64,000 nucleotides of DNA. Source: Octopus bimaculoides. Lineage: Eukaryota. The notes under the pieces were generated by a model. It did no database searches. It saw only the letters and a program-made list of their open reading frames with translations, and had not been told where the DNA came from. Below, in pieces: positions 24,144 to 37,914 of this stretch (the first letter of the stretch is position 1; each line of letters opens with the position of its first letter). The stretch lies in contig NC_068992.1 of NCBI RefSeq assembly GCF_001194135.2, positions 59,114,160 through 59,178,159 of the forward strand. The letters are read 5' to 3'. The position numbers and the translations under genes were made by a program.

Positions 24144-25142
24144 NNNNNNNNNNNNNNNNNNNNNNNNNNNNNNNNNNNNNNNNNNNNNNNNNNNNNNNNN
24201 NNNNNNNNNNNNNNNNNNNNNNNNNNNNNNNNNNNNNNNNNNNNNNNNNNNNNNNNNNNNNNNNNNNNNNNNNNNNNNNNNNNNNNNNNNNNNNNNNNNN
24301 NNNNNNNNNNNNNNNNNNNNNNNNNNNNNNNNNNNNNNNNNNNNNNNNNNNNNNNNNNNNNNNNNNNNNNNNNNNNNNNNNNNNNNNNNNNNNNNNNNNN
24401 NNNNNNNNNNNNNNNNNNNNNNNNNNNNNNNNNNNNNNNNNNNNNNNNNNNNNNNNNNNNNNNNNNNNNNNNNNNNNNNNNNNNNNNNNNNNNNNNNNNN
24501 NNNNNNNNNNNNNNNNNNNNNNNNNNNNNNNNNNNNNNNNNNNNNNNNNNNNNNNNNNNNNNNNNNNNNNNNNNNNNNNNNNNNNNNNNNNNNNNNNNNN
24601 NNNNNNNNNNNNNNNNNNNNNNNNNNNNNNNNNNNNNNNNNNNNNNNNNNNNNNNNNNNNNNNNNNNNNNNNNNNNNNNNNNNNNNNNNNNNNNNNNNNN
24701 NNNNNNNNNNNNNNNNNNNNNNNNNNNNNNNNNNNNNNNNNNNNNNNNNNNNNNNNNNNNNNNNNNNNNNNNNNNNNNNNNNNNNNNNNNNNNNNNNNNN
24801 NNNNNNNNNNNNNNNNNNNNNNNNNNNNNNNNNNNNNNNNNNNNNNNNNNNNNNNNNNNNNNNNNNNNNNNNNNNNNNNNNNNNNNNNNNNNNNNNNNNN
24901 NNNNNNNNNNNNNNNNNNNNNNNNNNNNNNNNNNNNNNNNNNNNNNNNNNNNNNNNNNNNNNNNNNNNNNNNNNNNNNNNNNNNNNNNNNNNNNNNNNNN
25001 NNNNNNNNNNNNNNNNNNNNNNNNNNNNNNNNNNNNNNNNNNNNNNNNNNNNNNNNNNNNNNNNNNNNNNNNNNNNNNNNNNNNNNNNNNNNNNNNNNNN
25101 NNNNNNNNNNNNNNNNNNNNNNNNNNNNNNNNNNNNNNNNNN

Positions 25143-25180
25143 GCAGAATATGTGGAGATAGACAAGAAACAATACATCAT
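25143..25180 (+). mobile_element. Stub of an R4-like LINE emerging from a gap
   Basis: gcagaatatgtggagatagacaagaaacaatacatcat (RICGDRQETIHH) nearly matches the reverse complement of 49828-49866. Confidence 0.7.
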
Positions 25181-26177
25181 AGGCTAATCATATATATGAG
25201 ATAATTACAATTGAAAGTAAATAACTCTGAAAAGGGCTTTTGTGCGTTCCCAGAGAATATTACCCTCGTGGGCGCTAGTGTTGGTATATTCGTGCACAAG
25301 TCACACACCGAGATAAGTGGATCTATTGTTTAGGAAAATACTATTTACTTGTTTAAGGGTTGTACTGGATAAATTGCGAAAATAACTTAGAATATATAAG
25401 GATCCCTTCCAGGGGCTCTATTATCTATTTTTTTCAGCAATCCGAGTATGCCATGAGGTTTCCAGACATGAGTTCTACTCACATGTCGAGTTTCATTAAA
25501 ATCGATAAAACGATGTAGGAGGAGTTAGCTAACAACTCCACAAACACACCCTCAGTCAAAATTTTCCACATATGGAGTAGATATACATATACTTATACAT
25601 ATATACATATACACACACATAAATACATATACATATATACAAATAGTCATATACATAAATACATATATATATATATAAATATACATGCATATATGTAAAT
25701 ATATGTATGTATGTATATATATATATANNNNNNNNNNATACATACATACATACATACATATAAATATAATGTCTAATACATGTATATCACGCAGCGGAAT
25801 TAGAAAATTGCTTTTAATGCACGCTTAGTTTGAGATATTCAGAATCGTTGATTTCGTGGTGGGCTGTGATGGAATGTTTCCACAGTGCATGGAGATAAAT
25901 ACATAGTTGTTGACATGGTAACGCCAAGCGCAACATCCCCCCCCCCCATTGAAACCAATGAAGTAACCATAAGCTAAGCAATAAATGCAGTTAGCTAAGT
26001 TCATTCTTTGATATTCCATTTTGCTATTTACTCTGAGGTTGTTCTGTAGATTTTCGGATCAGTGCTGCCCTGACACCTTGGGACCCCTCCCAATACTACA
26101 ACCTTAAGATAGCCACTATCCGTAGAAATGTTTCATGAATGTACACACCTGGATAATACACACACACACACACACAC

Positions 26178-26530
26178 ACACATATACGTTTATATGAAAG
26201 CGTGGCGTGTGGCTCAATGGATAGAGCGTCGGTCTTACAATCGTGAGGTTGCGATTTCGATTCCCGGACCGGACCGGGCTGTGTGTTGCGCTTTTGAGCA
26301 AGATATTTTATTGCACTTGCCCTAGTTCACTCAGCTGTAGAGATGTGTTGCGACGTCACTTGTGTGTACGGGCCTTTACCTTTCCTTTAAACAAAATCAG
26401 TGCCATGGAGACTGGTATGCATGGGCGACTGCTGGTCTTCCACGAACAGCCTCTCCCGGAATGTAGCTTGAAGAGGAACATTCTAGGTGCAGCTACATGG
26501 TCATTCGTGGCCGAAAAGGACTTTACTCTT
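26178..26530 (+). mobile_element. tRNA-derived SINE, family B2
   Basis: gtggctcaatgg (A box), gatttcgattccc (B box), central ttgagcaaga...cagctgta domain; sibling copy at 53555. Confidence 0.85.
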
Positions 26531-26532
26531 AT

Positions 26533-26578
<46 letters not shown>

Positions 26579-27082
26579 ATACTAGAGTGTTACTCGTTAT
26601 ATGATGGGTGCTTTTAGAAGTATTCTTTTGCCACCATGGGGTAGTATCAAGAAATATGGCAAACATACAGTACTTATAATTTGACTTTCTTCAGATTCTT
26701 TGTTTCTTACACAAAATGACGAAATTAATACTAATTTTCAAAGGAAAAATATTTATCTTTAAATAAAATTTAATGGACAAAGTTTCTAAATTTTATATTT
26801 AGAAAAAGCATTACCATTTTTCACGATTTGATCAATATAGTCGCAATCTATTCTATCCAACGAAAGCCAACCTCTGCAAAATTTTATTAAAAAATAATTT
26901 TGTTTTTTTTTCCAGTAAGTTAGGAGACTGATCACTTTCTTATGTTAACTCTGTTTGTGTATTTTTCTTACCGTCTCTCTTACTCTCTTTATACTATGTC
27001 AAGCATAAGTGGGGAAATAATCAACGAGGCACGCATTTATTTCGGCTATTATTATTATTATTATTATTATTATATACATATA

Positions 27083-27155
<73 letters not shown>

Positions 27156-27269
27156 CTATCTATCTATATATATATATATNNNNNNNNNNATATATATATA
27201 TATGTGTGTGTGTGTGTGTATGCATATATATATATATATATATATACAGAGAGAGAGAGAGAGAGAGAG

Positions 27270-27487
27270 AGAGGTTAGCTGGCGGAATCGTTAGCACGCC
27301 GCGCAAAATGTTTAGCGGCATTTCGTCCGTTTGCATATTTTGATTCCAAATTCCGCCGAGATCGCCTTTGTCTTTACTCCTTTCGTGGTCTATAAATTAA
27401 ATACCAGTGAAACACTGGGGGTCGATGTAACCGGCTTGCCGCCACCCGCGAATTTACTGGTCTTGTGCCAAATTTTGAAACCATTAT
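27270..27487 (+). mobile_element. SINE family A
   Basis: agctggcggaatcgttagcacgccg...gtgccaaattttgaaaccattatt. Confidence 0.85.
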
Positions 27488-28479
27488 TCGATAGATAGAT
27501 AGATAGATAGATAGATGCCAGATCTTGCTGGTTTGACTATAAAAGTAGTAGAACATATAGGCCGGATATAACAGCTTTAAATGTTAAAGGGTTAGTCTGC
27601 CGTGAGATCAGGAATTGTGGCTGTCTAGGTAAGCTCTCTCTTTCTTCTCACTTTGTGTGTTTATGTGTGTGTACGTTCGTGCAGGCATGCGTGCTCTTTT
27701 ATGCGTGAGATATATTTCTGCGCAGCATGCGAGTGTTTGTAACGTGTGAATGTCTTTTAAAATTAGGCCGATCTTAAGGGTCTAAGTGCTAACGCTGTTT
27801 AAACGCTAGAAAACATATGAGACATGAGATTCTTCTTTTTTTTTTTTTTTTTCTGACGTCAACCTATTTTGCTAACAATTCTGAATTTGTGATTCCTGCT
27901 TCCGACAGGACCGGAATTTTGGTGGAATAAATAGCATATTTTAAATAACCAAAATACGAAAAATTGTTTAGTCTAAATGTCGAATATTGACATTTAATAA
28001 CAACAGGATACAAAAGAAAAGAATACAACGCATTTTGGAACCAATGATACGTCTACAAAAGGTAAAGAATTGTGGAACCGAAATGCGTGTGTTGTTTATA
28101 TGATATGCGTACGTGTGTGAGTGTGTGCAATTAGAGGGGAAGCATCATGAATTTTACGTATTCTAAGAGGTAGAAAAAATTCTTTAAAAAAATCTCTAGT
28201 TGAAGTGGATCTATGATCTGGTTATAAATCCCTGTTGAAATTAATTCATTTCTTAATTAATCTCTAATTACATTTTACAAAGCAATCAGCATCACACTAT
28301 ATCATATTGTGTATGAGATGTTTGGTGCGTCCGTTTTGGAGTATAATTTTCGTCATTTTGTTTTGTACATGTGTATATAGATAGATGGATAGATAGATAG
28401 ACAGATACATACATGCATTCATACATATATTTGTGTGTGGAGAGAGAGAGAGAGAGAGAGAAAGAAAGAAAGAAAGAGA

Positions 28480-28590
28480 TAACGGCTTCTACACTATTTC
28501 CGTCTCGGATACTGCCATTCAGTGGGACTGAACCCAAATCGATCTGGTTGCAAAGTCAGCTTTTTAACCACACAGTTATGGCTGCACCGA
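28480..28590 (-). mobile_element. SINE family C, head fragment
   Basis: gggactgaaccc...ttaaccacacag is the reverse complement of the family C head. Confidence 0.55.
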
Positions 28591-28904
28591 TTTAGTAAGA
28601 ATATTTTAATATAACTTTTATCTAAATATTCAATTTTCTTTTTAATATGACCAATTATTTCAACAAGCGAAACTACACGTGTTTTAATATATTAAGCTAA
28701 ATGACATTCAACTAAAAATGGAAGTCGGCTTACTGGCTCAATTCGTCAGAAGGTAATGTCTTTGTGTGCAGTGATCAATCAATATTAAGAAATCGATTAC
28801 CTAATTTATTAACGAATATCACAGCAATATTAAACCGTGTTCGACTTTTATTACTATTGTGGTTTTAAGAAGGAAATCTACAAACTTTTTTTAGTTATCG
28901 TCGT

Positions 28905-28921
28905 CATTGTTATTGCTGCAC

Positions 28922-28982
<61 letters not shown>

Positions 28983-29042
28983 TGTTGTTGTTGTTGTTGT
29001 TGTTGTTGCTGTCATCGTTAATATTGTCATTGTTGTTGTTGA
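28905..29042. repeat. Compound (GTT)n(GCT)n(GTT)n microsatellite
   Basis: Direct reading. Confidence 0.95.
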
Positions 29043-29257
29043 TTAAACATGATCGAGCGGAGCTATAATGAAATGTATTCCAAGCGTGACCATCATTACC
29101 GTTGTTCTTCCCCCCCCCCCTTAAGAAGTTCCTAAGACTCAATTATCTAATTTATCCCTTCTCTTTTTTTTTTTAAAGGCGGTGAGCAGGATTTCAGGGG
29201 TATTTAGCTGCGGATGGAGTGGGACCTATCTTTTTTAGTTTTCCTAATAGGTCGGAG

Positions 29258-29461
29258 TATCACGTATATAGCGCTCTTGTTTGGCTCGTGTGCAGGCTAG
29301 TGATCAGAGACAATAGATTGAATATAATCAATACTTCAACTTTATTCAGAAAATAAAACACATTATTACATCACTCTCCAGAAGTAATACCATAACAAGC
29401 CGTTCTTGTGTCTTCTCGTCTGTCATCTTCCGAAGAGCCCAGTAGCGCCCCTAATGTTACA
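29258..29461 (-). mobile_element. Possible solo LTR
   Basis: Minus strand starts TGTAAC and ends cgtgata (near TG...CA), with an internal AATAAA; no target-site duplication found. Confidence 0.3.
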
Positions 29462-29990
29462 CATTAGAAATAATAGTACGTGTGGATAGTCAGCTCTAAC
29501 AGCAACGAAAAAACATAAAAATAATCACTGCTGTGTTTACAAGAGTAAAGGCGGATAAAAAGCGCTTATTGAGGCATGTAAAGAAAGTCACATAGTTATT
29601 AGCAGCTATCAGCAAGAATAGTGTTCCACGTGGTTAAGATATTGCTGATAGTTAATGCAAATTTAAACAGTTTCCACTGGGCCAAATTAAATCACACTCT
29701 GATGGATTTTGCAATGACGAAAATTATTCAGAATTATATATGAGGGCGCGGCGTGTGTACATATCTGTGTGTATTTATATATATATANNNNNNNNNNNNN
29801 NNNNNNNNNNNNNNNNNNNNNNNNNNNNNNNNNNNNNNNNNNNNNNNNNNNNNNNNNNNNNNNNNNNNNNNNNNNNNNNNNNNNNNNNNNNNNNNNNNNN
29901 NNNNNNNNNNNNNNNNNNNNNNNNNNNNNNNNNNNNNNNNNNNNNNNNNNNNNNNNNNNNNNNNNNNNNNNNNNNNNNNNNNNNNNNNNN

Positions 29991-30057
<67 letters not shown>

Positions 30058-30157
30058 GAGATACATACATATGTATATATATACGTATATAACATATATA
30101 CATATAACACATATATACATATATATAATCATGTATACACGTGTATATATAAATGTA

Positions 30158-30211
<54 letters not shown>

Positions 30212-31516
30212 TGTATCTGTATACGTATGTATATGTGTGAGTGAAGACAGCGGCAGAGACACAGAGAGAAGGAAAGAACACATTTGAGCGAATTATGAAT
30301 TAGTAACGGAGAGAAAATGTAAATTCAGTTAGTCTAACAACCAACTGAATGAAAATTCAAATTTTCATATTTGCATTAGTTTGCATTAAGGTATACAATT
30401 TAGTAGGTTAACTTCGTAATTGAATCGTTAACGCTATGTGGAATCATTTACTGAATGCAGGCACTCAATAAGCACCCTTTATATACCGGTTTTCCAGCGA
30501 TGTGTATTAAAAGATCATAGAAGGTAAAATATTCATGCTTTGCTTTAATTTGTTGACATGTCTCCATAGGGATACGTTGTGTTTAGCGAGAAAATATTAG
30601 AGTAATGTTGTCTTTTAATTTACTTCTGTCTTTAGCATCTAACAGGGGAAATAATCAGCAAGAAGAGTAGTTGTTCCGGCCTTCTGCTCTCTGAGTTCAA
30701 ATCTTGCCAAAGTTAACTTTACTTTCATTCATTCAGAGTCGATAAAGTACCTGCAAAGTACGCAGTCAATATAATCAAATAATTCACACTCACCACTAAA
30801 TTTCTGCGAAGACTCGTTATTTATGGCCAATGAAAGTAAGCATTGGATACAAACCTGGAATTTAAATTAGTTATGACTGATTAACTATATAGTACAATGA
30901 GGAGAGCCAGACTGATCTTTAGGAGCACGATGTGACAACTCTAGAACTGTTCCGATATAATTAAACTTCATCAGCGAAAGTATAGTGTAAGTATTAATGC
31001 TAGGTCTTAGAATATTTAGAAAAAAATGCAGGACATTACTGAAAGAATAAGGAGTGGCGTGGGAGCTTAAAAGAATGTCTGAGATTTAAAAAATTCCCAG
31101 GGATATGTGCTGCATGAAAAACAAACAGTAAAGTATTCTTAATATAGTTAACTGAATGATCCACTACACAAGCGATGGATCAAGGAAGGTAGTGCCGATC
31201 TTGGCGTCAAATGAAACAACGTGGGTTCTGTAAAAAACTGAAGTGGAAAATCGTTTCATAGAGTTGTTGATAGTTGTTTTGTAGAACTGCACATAAACGA
31301 ACGTTGGTGGGGAAAACGAGGTTAATGTAGGCGGGTTTTCAAACAAACTTTTCCTTTTATTTGGGTTGATGTGTAACCTTGGTGAAAAAATGTGAATAAT
31401 TATTATTCAAATGGTGAACGCTTGAATAATTATGTGGGTGGAATGTCATGTACTACTCATTGTAGTCAAGAAGAATAAGATGAAATAATCTGTTTGCTTT
31501 CTGATTACATCTCAAG

Positions 31517-31556
31517 GTTATTTCAAAGATCATCTTGAAGAGCACAGTGCTAAAGG
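31517..31556 (+). CDS. Candidate micro-exon
   Basis: tttgctttctgattacatctcaag acceptor and gtagga donor; YFKDHLEEHSAK. Confidence 0.2.
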
Positions 31557-31849
31557 GTAGGACACTATATAGAGGAGTTGGAAGAAGAACAACGAGCACG
31601 AAGGAAACTCAAGTTCACGAACAAACAAAAAGGGACCAAAAGAAAACATAGAAAAAGAGTAGAAAATAGAGGAGAGATTGCATAAATGCCCCCACTTGAA
31701 AATTCAAGAGTAATTGTATAAGATAATCAGTAATTTTTAATTAAATAGCATTGAATGTCTTACGCTGTAAGTAGGCAGTATTGAATGCCTAAGCAAAAAT
31801 TTAATGATTTTGGAATGAAATACACTTTATGTTGTTTTTCTAAGTATAT

Positions 31850-32834
31850 ATTATGGTTGTGTGGTAAGAAATGTGCATCCCAACCATATAGTTCAGGGCT
31901 CAGTTCCAGTGCGTGGCACCTCGGACTAGTGTCTTCTACTATAGAACCGGCACCACAAAACGCCTTGTAACTTGATTTGGTAGATGGAAATTAAAAGAAG
32001 CCCTTCGTGTATATATNNNNNNNNNNNNNNNNNNNNNNNNNNNNNNNNNNNNNNNNNNNNNNNNNNNNNNNNNNNNNNNNNNNNNNNNNNNNNNNNNNNN
32101 NNNNNNNNNNNNNNNNNNNNNNNNNNNNNNNNNNNNNNNNNNNNNNNNNNNNNNNNNNNNNNNNNNNNNNNNNNNNNNNNNNNNNNNNNNNNNNNNNNNN
32201 NNNNNNNNNNNNNNNNNNNNNNNNNNNNNNNNNNNNNNNNNNNNNNNNNNNNNNNNNNNNNNNNNNNNNNNNNNNNNNNNNNNNNNNNNNNNNNNNNNNN
32301 NNNNNNNNNNNNNNNNNNNNNNNNNNNNNNNNNNNNNNNNNNNNNNNNNNNNNNNNNNNNNNNNNNNNNNNNNNNNNNNNNNNNNNNNNNNNNNNNNNNN
32401 NNNNNNNNNNNNNNNNNNNNNNNNNNNNNNNNNNNNNNNNNNNNNNNNNNNNNNNNNNNNNNNNTATATATATATATATTGTATAAAGGACCGTGGGTAA
32501 GGCCAAAACAATGCGAAGTAAATGCAAGGTAAATCACAAGAAAACAAATATACGAATTGATGTATACTTACCTTGTATTCAATATTTCGGGGTTGTGACC
32601 ACACACGTTCACAAACATGCATATCGGCAATATTCGTCTATTTTATTGAAAATGGGGTCATAACATCGAAATATTGAATACAAGGTAAGTCTACATTGAT
32701 TCACATGTTTGTTTTTTCGTGATTTACCTTGCGTTTACTTCGCTTTGTTTTGGCCTTACCCATGATCCTTTGTACAATATATTCTACACAATGCTTCATA
32801 GTAATTATTCCAGTATATATATGTGTGTGTGTGT

Positions 32835-32873
<39 letters not shown>

Positions 32874-33110
32874 CGTGCGTGTGTGTGTATTATGCATATA
32901 TATATGTAAGTATTTATGTACTCATGCGTGCCTTTACGTTTGTCCTCCAACACCGCTTGACAACCGCTGTTGGCTTATTTACGTCACCATAATTCAACGG
33001 TTCCGCAAAGGGAAAATTTGATAGAATAAGTACCAGGCTTTGAAAATTGAGTGTTGCTGCTGCATGGTCGCAGTTCAATGACTGAAACAAGTAAAAAGAT
33101 AAGAAAAACT
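31850..33110 (+). mobile_element. SINE family C expanded by a gap, microsatellites and a nested fold-back element
   Basis: Head at 31850-32010 (gtgtggtaagaa...gggctcagttcc...ggaaattaaaagaagccc); 3' half at 32925-33110 (caccgcttgacaaccg...gatagaataagtacc...gactgaaacaagtaaaa). Confidence 0.75.
32477..32779. mobile_element. Fold-back MITE with 124-bp inverted arms and a 55-bp spacer
   Basis: 32477-32600 matches the reverse complement of 32656-32779 at roughly 85 percent by eye; TA-flanked. Confidence 0.9.
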
Positions 33111-33562
33111 AAATAAGACTGTGAAAAGAAACTAACATATTGGATTATCAAACTANNNNNNNNNNNNNNNNNNNNNNNNNNNNNNNNNNNNNNNNNNNNN
33201 NNNNNNNNNNNNNNNNNNNNNNNNNNNNNNNNNNNNNNNNNNNNNNNNNNNNNNNNNNNNNNNNNNNNNNNNNNNNNNNNNNNNNNNNNNNNNNNNNNNN
33301 NNNNNNGAAAAACTAAATAAGACTGTGAAAAGAAACTAACATATTGGATTATCAAACTACGAACTGTTAATAAAGAAACTCACAAACAAAAATAAACCGA
33401 AAGACTCTCGAAAACTTTCCGACCGAAATTATGATTTCTAGAACACAGCCGGAGGATTCTAAACATTGCTATTAATCTTAGATGAAGCGTAGTAGCGCAT
33501 AAAAAGGTATTACTTCTATAATCTGATCTTGTCTCAACTTCAGTTAATAAGTTTTCTTATAG

Positions 33563-33731
33563 GTCAACTGTTAAACAACAACTTCAGACTGAAATCTCTT
33601 CTCCCTCAATTATTCCTTATCACAGACCGATAGGTCATGAGCTTCTTGCAGATCTTCAGGATAATTGTGCAAAGAGACAATTTCTTCCCTTTGTTGGCGT
33701 TGGAAACGCAAAAGAGAAGGAAAATGCTTAA
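33563..33731 (+). CDS. Candidate terminal exon, unknown product
   Basis: aagttttcttatag acceptor; 55 open codons STVKQQLQTEISSPSIIPYHRPIGHELLADLQDNCAKRQFLPFVGVGNAKEKENA then TAA. Confidence 0.35.
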
Positions 33732-33954
33732 GATTTCTTTGTAATGTTTTTGCTTTGCTTTATGTCTTGTGTATTACTACAGCAGTAAATTATTGAAACG
33801 ATGCAGTTTCGATTTCTAGTATCGAATGCATTCTTTCACTTACATTTTGATGAGAAAATACGTAAACATCACAAACATTCTGTTCTTAAAATGAGAAACT
33901 TAAAACTTATTATTAAAATAGTGATTATAACTATTATAATAATGAATTTTCAGT

Positions 33955-34009
<55 letters not shown>

Positions 34010-34489
34010 TGCTGTTGTTGTTGTTGCTATTATTTGAAAAATGCATTAAGGAACATGCATTAATGCCTAGATAGAGATGAGCATAAATGTTTTAAAGTTA
34101 ACGGGTATGTTCAAATAAACAAACTGTTCAAGATCATCAAATACTGTTGAGAATTGCTTTTTTTTACCTATTTTCCAAATCATGCCTACGTCTACCTTTA
34201 CAATTAATTTTCTCATGATTACGAATTACTCTATTTGTGACCAGTTACAAATGATATAACAGACGCATTCCATAACTTCTTAAACATTTTTTCATTGTAT
34301 TCAGCTGCTAGGACACAGCAATTTCTTCGCTTTTCAACTCACTTCTACAAACATAACTATTAGGTATTGCTTTGTCAATAATTATTACATTAGTTTCACA
34401 ATAGTCATAATATCTATTAATCATTGTTCATAAAGAATGAGGTCAGGCTCATTACGTACTAATTGGTGCTCTGTCTGTATGCTAAATCT

Positions 34490-34640
34490 CTGTGTCTCAG
34501 TGGTTAAAAAGTTCGCTTTGCAACCGTATCGTTTTAGTTTCAGTCCCACTGCACAGTACCTTCGGCAGATGTCTTCTACTATAGCCCTGATTAGACTCAC
34601 AATGCCATATAAGGAATTTGATTCATAGAAACTACACGGA
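34490..34640 (+). mobile_element. SINE family C, 5' half
   Basis: cagtggttaaaaagttcgc...ttcagtcccactg...gtcttctactatagcc...ggaagcccg. Confidence 0.7.
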
Positions 34641-34669
34641 AGCCCGCCGTGTATCTACCTATCCATCAA

Positions 34670-34701
<32 letters not shown>

Positions 34702-34739
34702 CAGCCAAGTGGCTGCGGTCATGCTGGTGCACCACCGTA

Positions 34740-34816
<77 letters not shown>

Positions 34817-35336
34817 TCCACTGTTGAAACTATATCTATATATGTATATGTATGTACCTCATTGCATTATGTTTGACTGAACGGCAGTGTCAGTTTTATA
34901 ACATCCCCGAACCTAGCAATTCGTCAAAAATTAGCTGCAGGCCCACACACACGTATATGCATAACATACAAATATGTAATTATCGTGTGCTGATTAGGGT
35001 GTTGCACTCATGATCTCTGGCTGCTCTGCGATCACTTCGAACCCTGACGCGTCGTACACAGTACACCTGTTCAAACAACATCGTTTTGATGGAGAGAGCA
35101 AGGGGCTCATATGAGGCACGAGCATTTCATCACTAGAAACAATTCATTTGTGCAGGTCGTTCGGCAAAGAGCTGAACGCTCATTCGTCGTCATCGACTGG
35201 AGAGTCCATCACATATACATACATATATATATTTGAGAGAGGTGGAAGAAGGGGAGCGAGGGATAGAGAGTGACAGATAAATAATGAAATATATATATAT
35301 GGATAAACTTACATACGTACTCATCCATGTATATAT

Positions 35337-35369
<33 letters not shown>

Positions 35370-37914
35370 NNNNNNNNNNNNNNNNNNNNNNNNNNNNNNN
35401 NNNNNNNNNNNNNNNNNNNNNNNNNNNNNNNNNNNNNNNNNNNNNNNNNNNNNNNNNNNNNNNNNNNNNNNNNNNNNNNNNNNNNNNNNNNNNNNNNNNN
35501 NNNNNNNNNNNNNNNNNNNNNNNNNNNNNNNNNNNNNNNNNNNNNNNNNNNNNNNNNNNNNNNNNNNNNNNNNNNNNNNNNNNNNNNNNNNNNNNNNNNN
35601 NNNNNNNNNNNNNNNNNNNNNNNNNNNNNNNNNNNNNNNNNNNNNNNNNNNNNNNNNNNNNNNNNNNNNNNNNNNNNNNNNNNNNNNNNNNNNNNNNNNN
35701 NNNNNNNNNNNNNNNNNNNNNNNNNNNNNNNNNNNNNNNNNNNNNNNNNNNATATTGTATTATGTTTATATTTTTATCAATATACATATATATATTACAC
35801 ATACACACACACACACACACACACATACAAATACAGTATAAAATGACCAAAGTTTTGATTATTTATCCCTTTGTGGCGATCTTTAGTAATTTTGAAAATA
35901 AACAGCATCGTACATAACATTATCTCAATATCTGACGCCATTGAAACAGAAAATTTTCCAAGTCATGTAAGAAAATACCTTTGATGAACAAAGCATTATT
36001 TAGTCTCCCTAGCTATAAAGAAACCATTACGACAACTTTTTTTTTTTTTTAAGAAAAATAATTCATCTTCTTCTTCAGAAGAACTGCATTAAAAAAAAGA
36101 GCTCCAAGCAACGCGTTTCCTTCGAAGATGTTTAGACATCCATCTGACAATATAAAAGGGAGTTTTTTTCTCTATTCAAAGACCAATATCTTCAATATAC
36201 ACGATATTATGAACATATATCTTGCAGCTATTTATAAGGTGACCTTTTATGATTCAAATAAAAATTGCTTTCATATAAATACCAGTTGAACCTAAAGGCA
36301 ATAAATCTCTTAATATATATTTTTTCCCTCTGCTTCTTTTTGTAAAGTCAGATTATTCTAAACAAATTTTACGACGATTATTTTTCAGTTTTATTTTTTT
36401 TCATTTTGGCTTTTTCAATATTGTTTGTTTCCCTAACAATGTGAAAATGATTTGTATTTATACGAATTTGAGTTAATCTGCAGTGCAGATAAAAGTCTTA
36501 TTGTCATAATCTTTATCTTTCATCTAATTTTGTTTTTATTTCATGTTTAATGTCAGGAAAATCAACATAAAAAAATTTACATTATAAAATGATTGAGAAT
36601 TTCACGAGAATGAACCAAAGCTAAGAACTTTTGCTTTATTTTATATATATTATTATCTTAGTTATTTCTTTATGGTAGTGAAAAAGGTGAAAGAATTATC
36701 CTAGACTGAATTTCGCCTATCATGCTATTAAACATAAGAAGTGTGAGGCTTCTGTTTATACACTGTATATATTTGCTATTTGAAAAAAGCTGGCCTTCAA
36801 TATTTGGTCGTCGTCTTGACTGTGTTAGGTTGCATACAATATCTTGACGATATTCCGATTTCACATGGTTTAATGTGTTGTCGTGTTGTTGCTTTTTTAT
36901 TATCGTGTTATTACGGGATAAGGGTTTGAAAGTTGCGACCGAAGTTTCATTGAAGTTGAGACATAAGTTCTTCTTAAGGTGAAATAGTAAATTTGATGAA
37001 GTCTTCAATATATAAATTCACGAATAATAAGTGAGTCACTGATATGTATAGGGGTTCAGCGGAATATGATAGCCAAAACAATGATTCGAACTTGACAGAT
37101 TTCTGAGTTAGGAATAGAACGCTGCTTATGCAGATTGAATAGTGGTCATAATGTTTTAAGACGAAGGACATCATCAGAAATGGAAATAAAGACACTTGTA
37201 GAAGCTGATGACATCAACACTAAATTAGGAGTTCCAGATGCATTTCAGCTGTCTTCAATGGGGCTTTTACTTGTTCAGGTAATAAACATTTGTGAAATAT
37301 ATTGATTCCCAATAACGCAAAGTGCCTTGCTAGAAATATCATTGCAAGAGCATATCCGACATTATGTAATACAAGAACAGGGCAGCGTAAACGATGTGAT
37401 CGTATGATACCGAAAGCTCAAGTTCTGCTGCACCAGTTATAAGCACTGATATTGTCAGGTTCACAGACAACCGGTGGGTCCTCGAAAGGCCTTCACGACG
37501 AAGGGAAGACGATTTTGTTAAATGATTTAGGACAAGATGGAAAAGAAGGGTACAGTTAAGAAAGAATTTAGAAGCCCTTTGTGACCAACGGTGTGGAACG
37601 ACATCCGATAGCCTGGTTGATAAAATGACAGGAGTTTGAGACTCAAAGTAGATGTTATCACCTTTCAGGTGTACACAGATGAAAATGCTTGTAGAAGGAA
37701 CTAAAGAATAGAGTAGAGCTTAATACTAAAATATGCAAATGAAGAAATATTTATCTACCCAATCAATTTTCTTTAATGCTCTCATAACATAGACCAATAT
37801 CAATTCTGCATACAAACGCATGCGCAGGCGGAGATTCTATCCATTTACTTAAAAACCGGATTCTTTACGAATACCAACACTGCTTAAGGTATACAAGATA
37901 ATGTATGTAAGGAA

